Positions 57,398-64,000 of a stretch of 64,000 bases of DNA are shown here, piece by piece. The first letter of the stretch is position 1, and each line of letters begins with the position of its first letter. Source of the stretch: a virus (Duplodnaviria; Caudoviricetes); the IMG/VR virus record IMGVR_UViG_3300032225_001145, positions 1 through 64,000 of that record. One strand, written 5' to 3'. Under the pieces are notes generated by a model. It searched no databases. It was not told the origin of the DNA and saw only the letters and a list, made by a program, of their open reading frames with translations. The position numbers were made by a program, and so were the translations under genes.

Positions 57398-57917
57398 CAA
57401 TATCTGGATTAAATCGCACACTAAGAATCATCCTAACATGATTTGAAAAATTAACAACCTTATGTGGTTTATCAATGTTTACAATTATTGGATGCTCAAT
57501 TTTGATAATTTTTGCTAAATTTGGGCCATGTTGCCAATCGATGTCTAAGTAAGTAAGTCCTTGACTATCTTTAATATTTAACGAATATATTCCTTCGTAC
57601 CAAGACATTTCGGCGTCGCTGTCAGTAATAGGAATATTTAAAGCCCAGTCTGGATGATTTAAACGAGTGGGTGATAAACCATCTATATGTATAGAGCTTT
57701 CTGTTTTAGGTCCCTGTATAAAAAGTATGGCATTAGTTATTTTATGTTCCTTACCAGTCAACAACTTAACATCAGGCAAAAGGTGAGTGGACAACCATTT
57801 TTTTTCTTCATTAGATAATATTATCTGTTTTTGATCTATTATTACTTTTAATTTCTCTTTAAACTTTTCTTGAATTATATTCCAATTAGAAATAGAGATT
57901 GGGCGATGATATTCCAT
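57390..57917 (-). CDS. HxD..H oxygenase/cupin-like protein
   Basis: IHID, ALNIP, NIDKPH, RMILSVRF; start moved to 57917. Confidence 0.55.
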   Translation of the reverse strand: MEYHRPISISNWNIIQEKFKEKLKVIIDQKQIILSNEEKKWLSTHLLPDVKLLTGKEHKITNAILFIQGPKTESSIHIDGLSPTRLNHPDWALNIPITDSDAEMSWYEGIYSLNIKDSQGLTYLDIDWQHGPNLAKIIKIEHPIIVNIDKPHKVVNFSNHVRMILSVRFNPDIAI

Positions 57918-57925
57918 ACACATAT

Positions 57926-58507
57926 TTATTGTAACGAAATAGATGTAATAGGTGGCTGACTAAAATCTGCTTCACAACTCCACGGCAATAGTCTTAAACT
58001 AATACCAATAGCTATCTTATCGCCCTCATTGATAAGATTGTGCCATTGTTCTATGTTAGCTATAAAAGGATTAGTACAATATATTTCTTCAAGTACTCGT
58101 GTATCTTCTTTTTTTACATTTGGCACAGGATTAAATCTTTTATCTTCTCCATAACTGAATACTCCAGCTGGATTAGTCACTTCGTGCCATCCCCATTTTA
58201 TTTGTTCACAATTTTTCAAAGGTAATATAATAGTTTGATGAGCTTGATGGAGTTTATTAGTTACTTCTGGCCTATGATCAGAGTGAATCATAATTGAAGA
58301 TTTTGGCAGAAAATATATTAATAATATATTATGTCGATCGTATAATTTTTCGTCAACATTTAATAATTTTAAAATATTAAGTTGTACATCATCGGGTATT
58401 TTTCCAACATAGCCTATTTTTGGATTTTGAATATCTGGTGCTGAAATTAACGAAAGAATTTCTTGTGTTGGTGGGTTGGACCAATTAACTAGTTTATAGT
58501 ATGACAT
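57926..58507 (-). CDS. HxD..H oxygenase/cupin-like protein
   Basis: IHSD, NIEQWHN, ISLR. Confidence 0.55.
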   Translation of the reverse strand: MSYYKLVNWSNPPTQEILSLISAPDIQNPKIGYVGKIPDDVQLNILKLLNVDEKLYDRHNILLIYFLPKSSIMIHSDHRPEVTNKLHQAHQTIILPLKNCEQIKWGWHEVTNPAGVFSYGEDKRFNPVPNVKKEDTRVLEEIYCTNPFIANIEQWHNLINEGDKIAIGISLRLLPWSCEADFSQPPITSISLQ

Positions 58508-58568
58508 AGTAATATATTTAGCGGCGCAAAGATTGTTTATAAATATCTACTTATTAAAAGGAAAACAC

Positions 58569-59027
58569 ATGGGTACTATTACTATTTTGGGCAAGGAATT
58601 AACTAAACAAAATCAAACTTGTGAAGTTAAATTAGCTCAAAGTATAGTCAATACCCCAGTTGTTCCATTTTTTTTAAAAAACTTTGCGGAGTTGATTGAA
58701 CAAGGATACACCTATTCGGCTATGTCTGGCTCAAATCAAAGCAAGGCCATTTATGTAGAAATTAATGGAACTATTATTGCTCATATTGTATTTGACATAC
58801 TAAAAGATGCGTATAACACAGCATGGATAGTGTTTAGTTGCGTGGATAAAAATTATAGAAATCAAGGCATTTATAAAATTATGCATAGGCATTTTGAAAT
58901 AGAGGCAAAAAAATTAGGCTCAATTAAAATAGCAAGTTCTGTACACTTAGACAATAAAACTCGACAAGCTAGTTGCAAAAGTGTCGGGATGATCCCTGCC
59001 TATTATCGTATGGAAAAAGACATATAA
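58569..59027 (+). CDS. GNAT acetyltransferase
   Basis: VDKNYRNQGIY, V..DN; AAGGA SD before 58569. Confidence 0.8.
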   Translation: MGTITILGKELTKQNQTCEVKLAQSIVNTPVVPFFLKNFAELIEQGYTYSAMSGSNQSKAIYVEINGTIIAHIVFDILKDAYNTAWIVFSCVDKNYRNQGIYKIMHRHFEIEAKKLGSIKIASSVHLDNKTRQASCKSVGMIPAYYRMEKDI

Positions 59028-60080
59028 ATGAATAAAAAACTCATTTGGGCTGCATGGGGAAATTTAAACATAGATGATAAACCCTACAGAAACAGTTATT
59101 CTAAAGTAGCATATCGATTTGAATTTCCAGTAGATAGATTTAACTTATTAAACACTCTAGAATTGGATTGTGAGAATATTGTCAAGGCACCAATTTATAA
59201 TTTGTCTAATATAACTCAAGATCACCGTGACAGATTTTTTGATGCGATCGAGCAAACTACCGATGAATTGTTTAGAATAGCAGAAGATAGAATAATATAC
59301 ATTGCCTATAGTGGTGGAGTTGATAGCACCTTAGTATTATGCGCTATACGACAACATCCAAAATATAAAGATAAACTAGAGCAAGGCCAGATCAAAATAG
59401 TATTGAATAGTTTTAGCATTGAAGAATACCCAAGATTTTTTTACAATACAATATTACCTGAAATTCCATTTGAATTTATAGATTATGAAAAAATAATGGC
59501 GGACGAAAACGCATTCCTAGTTACGGGCGAAATGGGAGATCATATCACTACCAGCAGCGATATTATTAATTTTATCAACAATGATATTAATTTAGATTTT
59601 AATAGTCATTGGACTAATTTAATCCCCTATGTCAAATCTATCGATGGATCTGATTTTTTCTTGGAAATGTTATATGGTATACAAAAAAAATCTTTTTTTG
59701 AAATATCAAGCGTTAATCAATTAATGTGGTGGTATAGCCAATGTTTTGTTTATCAAGCTATATTAGTGAATCCGTATATATGGTCATCATTAAATGCTAT
59801 AGATACATTGCCAACCGATCAAAAAGTATATAGATTTTTTTATAGTGATATTATAAACACATTCAGTTACGAATATATAAGCACCAATCCCTCTATAAAT
59901 TCTTACGAACAAGGTAAAAAATGGTTTAAAGAATACATTGTTAATTATACTAACGATGATTCTTATTATAATAAAATTAAAATTTTTAGCCAGCGACATA
60001 GTCTTCGATTCTTAAATAAAAGTCAAATTTATTTACAGGACGGCAAATTTAGCGCATTATTAACAAATGAAAAATTATGA
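59028..60080 (+). CDS. asparagine-synthetase-like PP-loop protein (no glutaminase domain)
   Basis: AYSGGVDST, LVTGEMGD. Confidence 0.7.
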   Translation: MNKKLIWAAWGNLNIDDKPYRNSYSKVAYRFEFPVDRFNLLNTLELDCENIVKAPIYNLSNITQDHRDRFFDAIEQTTDELFRIAEDRIIYIAYSGGVDSTLVLCAIRQHPKYKDKLEQGQIKIVLNSFSIEEYPRFFYNTILPEIPFEFIDYEKIMADENAFLVTGEMGDHITTSSDIINFINNDINLDFNSHWTNLIPYVKSIDGSDFFLEMLYGIQKKSFFEISSVNQLMWWYSQCFVYQAILVNPYIWSSLNAIDTLPTDQKVYRFFYSDIINTFSYEYISTNPSINSYEQGKKWFKEYIVNYTNDDSYYNKIKIFSQRHSLRFLNKSQIYLQDGKFSALLTNEKL

Positions 60081-60673
60081 CTACTAACTCAATTCTAAAT
60101 AAATTATTAGTTGATCAAGCTACTGAACAAGTAATATGGATAGCGCCTGGGCCAAATTCTGTGTTGCCAATGTTAGATTCGAATTTAAATTATAGAATAT
60201 ATTTTGGTCTTATATCAACTGATCTTTATCAAGAATATAATCGGTTTAGATTATTTTATGATGTCGCTGCACGATCACTTACAGTAATGGATGGTCCGCC
60301 CACAGTTGACAAAGAAAAGTTAGTATTGCTTAGATATCGATGTCAGGTTTTCCATATCTTAAACAGTACCTTTAATGTTTTTATCGAACGAATGAATCTG
60401 CCAAATAGCAAATACATAGAATCAATTAACGACATTACGCGAAATTCTTGGATAACCGTTTATCAAGAAACTTTTTCATGCTCAAAAGAAGAAGCTAGTA
60501 AATTATTAGATTTTAAGATAACCGAATATCAAAAATCAACTTTTATGATTGAATCTGCTAGATTCAAAATGATATCCGAAATAACAAAAGCTAAAAGCGT
60601 CGACGAATTAAAATTTATTTACGACACTAACAATATCAAAGTATTTAATGTGAATAGTATAAAATTATTTTGA
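60077..60673 (+). CDS. hypothetical protein
   Basis: ATGA-coupled to the PP-loop gene. Confidence 0.65.
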   Translation: MTTNSILNKLLVDQATEQVIWIAPGPNSVLPMLDSNLNYRIYFGLISTDLYQEYNRFRLFYDVAARSLTVMDGPPTVDKEKLVLLRYRCQVFHILNSTFNVFIERMNLPNSKYIESINDITRNSWITVYQETFSCSKEEASKLLDFKITEYQKSTFMIESARFKMISEITKAKSVDELKFIYDTNNIKVFNVNSIKLF

Positions 60674-60688
60674 TTATATCCGTTAAGG

Positions 60689-60717
60689 TTGACTGTATAA
60701 ACAAATTCATATATAAT
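60689..60717 (+). promoter_or_regulatory. sigma70-type promoter
   Basis: TTGACT-17-TATAAT. Confidence 0.7.
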
Positions 60718-60742
60718 GTAACTTATTAATAAAGGAACCGTT

Positions 60743-60913
60743 ATGTCAAAACCACCAAAACAACAAACTACATCCGATTTACAGCGTACACTGGCTGGTC
60801 AATGGAGCAAAACCGAAAAGCGAGCAGAAGCAAGTCGACAAATAATGGCTAGTAAAAAAAAGACACACGAAGTTATTAAAGCATTCCGTAACGCACAAAT
60901 TTTAGCACGATAA
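60743..60913 (+). CDS. small basic protein (56 aa)
   Basis: AAGGA SD; MSKPPKQQTTSDLQRTLAGQW.. Confidence 0.6.
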   Translation: MSKPPKQQTTSDLQRTLAGQWSKTEKRAEASRQIMASKKKTHEVIKAFRNAQILAR

Positions 60914-60932
60914 ACAACTACAAAGGTATAAT

Positions 60933-61232
60933 ATGAAATTAGTAGCTCAACCATTAACTGGCGATAAAATTGTTCCACGATTAGTTCAATCTAAATACGA
61001 CCCAACTAATACAGTAGGTCGGACTTCAGAAGCGGCTGCCAAAGTCGTTGGACGCTACGAATTAATCGCAATAGGTGCTGCTCGCATCCGTGAATTGCGT
61101 TCAGGTCACGCTAGACGAGTTAAATCATCTTACGGTGATTTGGTTACAGTACTTCTAGAAATTGAAGCTGGCGAAATTGATGCTGGCGAATATTTGTTAA
61201 AGTCTACAGCACCACTAAAGAAATATAAGTAA
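60933..61232 (+). CDS. rpoZ: RNA polymerase omega subunit-like protein
   Basis: GRYELIAIGAARIREL..VTVLLEIEAGEI resembles the omega consensus RF.LV..AA.RARQ..ALREI..G.I. Confidence 0.7.
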   Translation: MKLVAQPLTGDKIVPRLVQSKYDPTNTVGRTSEAAAKVVGRYELIAIGAARIRELRSGHARRVKSSYGDLVTVLLEIEAGEIDAGEYLLKSTAPLKKYK

Positions 61233-61244
61233 GTCAAGAAGTTA

Positions 61245-61337
61245 GGAGAGCTGGCCGAGCGGTCGAAGGCACCCGCCTACTAAGCGGGCATGGACCTAAA
61301 CAGTCCATCTGGGGTTCGAATCCCTAGCTCTCCGCCA
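61245..61337 (+). tRNA. tRNA-Ser(ACT)
   Basis: Ser-type body, long variable arm, loop CTACTAA, GCCA. Confidence 0.85.
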
Positions 61338-61394
61338 AGAATTTTTGCCTAGTATATGACTATTAATAAGTAAAATTATAACAAAGGAATACAC

Positions 61395-61634
61395 ATGGCA
61401 ACTAAAGGTGGCAATCAAAAAACTCGCAAAGCAGATCCGATGCGTACTAAGAATGGCAAAGAGCGTTTGGGTCCGTTAAACATTACTCAATTAGAAAAAT
61501 TATTATCTAATGCCCGAAAAAAACATATCGCTAAAATTCATCGTAGAATTAATGTATTGAAAAGTCGACCAGGATTCGTCAAAGCAGTAGAAGTATCTGC
61601 AGCAGAAGCCGCAGTGGTGGAGTCGTTGCTGTAA
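61395..61634 (+). CDS. small basic hypothetical protein
   Basis: AAGGA SD, K/R-rich. Confidence 0.65.
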   Translation: MATKGGNQKTRKADPMRTKNGKERLGPLNITQLEKLLSNARKKHIAKIHRRINVLKSRPGFVKAVEVSAAEAAVVESLL

Positions 61635-61648
61635 AGTAGTAAACCTGT

Positions 61649-61721
61649 GCCCTTATAGCTCAGTTGGTAGAGCACCGGTTTTGTAAACCGGTTGTCCCGT
61701 GTTCGAATCATGGTGGGGGCA
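61649..61721 (+). tRNA. tRNA-Thr(TGT)
   Basis: Loop TTTGTAA; CCA not encoded directly after the discriminator. Confidence 0.85.
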
Positions 61722-61733
61722 TACCAGTATTAT

Positions 61734-61809
61734 TCCGGTCAAGCAAACACGGTGTAGGCGGAGGACTGTTAATCCTTGAAGCCTGGTTCGATTCCAGGGA
61801 CCGGAGCCA
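61734..61809 (+). tRNA. tRNA-Asn(GTT)
   Basis: Loop CTGTTAA, GCCA; divergent D arm. Confidence 0.85.
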
Positions 61810-61827
61810 AAAAAAGAGGAAAGAAAA

Positions 61828-61995
61828 ATGTCAAAATTATCAGAAACATTAGCAAAAGCATTAGCTAAGAAGCAAGGTAAGACTCATGTGGACGGCAGTG
61901 ATGCTGGTTCTACAGTAGAAAAGAAAGTTAAAGTAAAACCGTCAGCCGGTCCGGCTAAAAAGCCGCCGACCCGTAGTGCTGGTCGCGGTCGCTAA
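61828..61995 (+). CDS. small basic protein (55 aa)
   Basis: GAGGA SD; ends PTRSAGRGR. Confidence 0.6.
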   Translation: MSKLSETLAKALAKKQGKTHVDGSDAGSTVEKKVKVKPSAGPAKKPPTRSAGRGR

Positions 61996-62595
61996 TTATA
62001 ATCCAAATAATGCTTTTTTAGCATCATCGAAATAAAAATTTGCTACATCGTTTACTCGGAGAGTTAATACCATCCTTCGGTTAATAGATTGGCTATTGTC
62101 AAAATCATGCCAGATATCAGTATTGAATAATATGCACTCGTTAGGTTTTGCTGTCATGGATTTAAGGGGTATGTGTTTACTTTTGTCAAAACCCTTAGCT
62201 TCTCTAGACAACGGCCATTGCCAATCTAATCCCTCGAGCGGATATTTAGACAACTCATCGTCACTATACCAGCTAGTCACACAAGTATCGTCTAAAATTT
62301 CTACTGTATAATTTAGGCTTATCCTAGTATGCACTCCATCTTTATGTGCCCGATAATATCTACCTCCCTTAGTGACAAACATGGATGCTCTATCCTGGTT
62401 TAAATCTAGACTCTGTGACAATGGCGTAGTAGCTAATATTTCTTGTCGGATTTCTTCTGGAAACTTATAATGCTTAAATGTTTGTTCAAATTCTACTCCT
62501 TCCATACCTTTTTTACAGATATCGATAATCTTGTCAAGGCCATCGTGAGTGAATCTAATATAGTAAGGGCTACAATCTTCAATTATGGTGTACAT
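61996..62595 (-). CDS. HxD..H oxygenase/cupin-like protein
   Basis: AHKD, SLNY, FNTDIWH, RMVLTLR; start moved to 62595. Confidence 0.6.
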   Translation of the reverse strand: MYTIIEDCSPYYIRFTHDGLDKIIDICKKGMEGVEFEQTFKHYKFPEEIRQEILATTPLSQSLDLNQDRASMFVTKGGRYYRAHKDGVHTRISLNYTVEILDDTCVTSWYSDDELSKYPLEGLDWQWPLSREAKGFDKSKHIPLKSMTAKPNECILFNTDIWHDFDNSQSINRRMVLTLRVNDVANFYFDDAKKALFGL

Positions 62596-62649
62596 CCAAA
62601 TATTTAGTGTTTGATTGACGAGCAATTGATATTCAGTTATACTTGCAGT

Positions 62650-62829
62650 ATGATTAAATTAGAAGAAGCCTGTGAAGTCATTTATCTTTTTGCGGATGCT
62701 AACCAAACTGATCCGCTTACGGGTATTGAGCTTATGGTCAAGTATTTTAAGAAATTGAGCCAAAAAGAACGGCAATCTTTGGTGGTTTTTATGGATGCAA
62801 CTAAGGTAGTTGACAAAGAATTAATTTAA
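62650..62829 (+). CDS. hypothetical protein
   Basis: TTGACG-17-TATACT just upstream of ATG 62650. Confidence 0.5.
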   Translation: MIKLEEACEVIYLFADANQTDPLTGIELMVKYFKKLSQKERQSLVVFMDATKVVDKELI

Positions 62830-62838
62830 TCGTATAAT
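62810..62838 (+). promoter_or_regulatory. sigma70-type promoter
   Basis: TTGACA-17-TATAAT. Confidence 0.78.
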
Positions 62839-62892
62839 AGCACTTATAGTAGTATTTTTATTGTAGTTTAACTTTAAAAGGAAACACAGCCC

Positions 62893-63978
62893 ATGTCAGA
62901 AACAAGACAAGTCACCACCGTACAAGCCAAACGTAGTTTGCTCAAGGCTTTTAATCACAAGCGTCCGTTATTTTTATGGGGCCCTCCAGGTATTGGTAAA
63001 TCAGAATTGGTAGCCGACATTGCTGAAGAATTAGGCGGCTATATGATTGACCTTCGATTAGGTCAGATGGAACCCACAGACATTCGTGGTATTCCGTTTT
63101 ATAATAAAGAAGTTGGCAAAATGGATTGGGCTGAACCAATCGATTTGCCAGACGAAGAACTAGCTAGCCAGTATCCAATCGTAGTATTGTTTATGGATGA
63201 AATGAATTCTGCGGCGCCTAGTGTTCAAGCTGCGGCTTATCAGCTTATTTTGAATCGTCGTATTGGCAAGTATAAACTGCCAGACAATGTTGTAATGGTT
63301 GCCGCTGGTAATCGTGAGTCGGACAAAGGTGTTACATATCGTATGCCTACTCCACTGGCCAATCGTTTCATTCACCAAGAGATGAAGGTAGACTTTGCTT
63401 CTTGGCAGGATTGGGCAGTTACTCATAATATCCATAAAGATATTATTGGTTACTTAGGCTCTAATAAACAGGACTTATACGACTTTGATCCAAAGAGTTC
63501 TAGTCGTGCGTTTGCTACTCCTCGTAGTTGGTCTTTTGTAAGCGAAATTTTGTCAGACGATGATGGTGACGAAGAAACAATTACCAATTTAATCTCTGGT
63601 ACTATCGGCGAAGGACTGGCTATTAAGTTTAATGGTCACCGTAAAATTTCAGGTCGTATGCCTAAACCAGAAGATATTTTGTCTGGTAAAGTAACTACCC
63701 TGGATGTCAAAGAAGTGTCAGCTATGTATTCTTTGGTTATTAGTATGTGCTATGAACTCAAAGATGCTGTGGAGAAAAAAGTATCTGACAAAGACTTCCA
63801 CACTATGTCAGATTACTTCTTTGCTTATATGATGAAGAACTTTGAAACTGAGTTAGTGGTCATGGGTGCTCGTATTGCGTTAACCGTGTACAATCTTCCA
63901 TTCCAACCAACTAAGTTGAAGAACTTTGATGAGTTCCATAAGAAGTACGGCAAGTATATTCTGTCAGCTTCGGCGTAA
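62893..63978 (+). CDS. MoxR/dynein-related AAA+ ATPase
   Basis: GPPGIGKS, LFMDEMN, AAGN, PLANRF, TPRSW. Confidence 0.88.
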   Translation: MSETRQVTTVQAKRSLLKAFNHKRPLFLWGPPGIGKSELVADIAEELGGYMIDLRLGQMEPTDIRGIPFYNKEVGKMDWAEPIDLPDEELASQYPIVVLFMDEMNSAAPSVQAAAYQLILNRRIGKYKLPDNVVMVAAGNRESDKGVTYRMPTPLANRFIHQEMKVDFASWQDWAVTHNIHKDIIGYLGSNKQDLYDFDPKSSSRAFATPRSWSFVSEILSDDDGDEETITNLISGTIGEGLAIKFNGHRKISGRMPKPEDILSGKVTTLDVKEVSAMYSLVISMCYELKDAVEKKVSDKDFHTMSDYFFAYMMKNFETELVVMGARIALTVYNLPFQPTKLKNFDEFHKKYGKYILSASA

Positions 63979-64000
63979 TAGCTAACAGGAGGGTGGTGTA

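Noticed and set aside
61664-61852. 62-aa ORF
   Set aside because: Lies across tRNA-Thr and tRNA-Asn
1-64000. Stop-codon reassignment as seen in some large phages
   Set aside because: Conserved genes are full length in the standard code and end in TAA, TAG or TGA; no clear suppressor tRNA
1-64000. CRISPR array, integrase or transposase
   Set aside because: No regularly spaced repeats and no recombinase or transposase motifs seen

Overview
A 64-kb, AT-rich fragment of a large lytic myovirus-like (T4-related/jumbo) phage read in the standard genetic code, probably infecting a proteobacterium (inferred from the TorF-type porin, RpoZ and ClpA homologues). No integrase or CRISPR array was seen. 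Left to right: (i) end of a structural gene, alpha-carbonic anhydrase, holin-like gene, DnaJ and ClpA; (ii) 8.4-19.1 kb, modular proteins that look like capsid-packaged polyproteins; (iii) dsDNA-binding protein, family B DNA polymerase and sliding clamp; (iv) a 7-deazaguanine DNA-modification locus (dpdA, dpdL-like, folE, queD, queE) interleaved with glycosyltransferases, oxidoreductases and a six-gene NDP-sugar cassette; (v) RNase H-type 5'-3' exonuclease and small genes; (vi) a circularly permuted tmRNA, 14 tRNA genes and several unexplained structured intergenic RNAs, with a leader-peptide attenuator in front of the main tRNA cluster; (vii) an accessory island of radical SAM, HxD..H oxygenase-like, sulfotransferase, nitroreductase, PP-loop and GNAT genes, many with a TAAATA late promoter about 5 nt before the ATG. 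The most striking observation is the attenuator at 44816-45024: its 36-codon leader uses 18 amino acids and 29 different codons, so it may act as a general translation or tRNA-supply sensor. All calls come from motif recognition by eye; no database searches were run.
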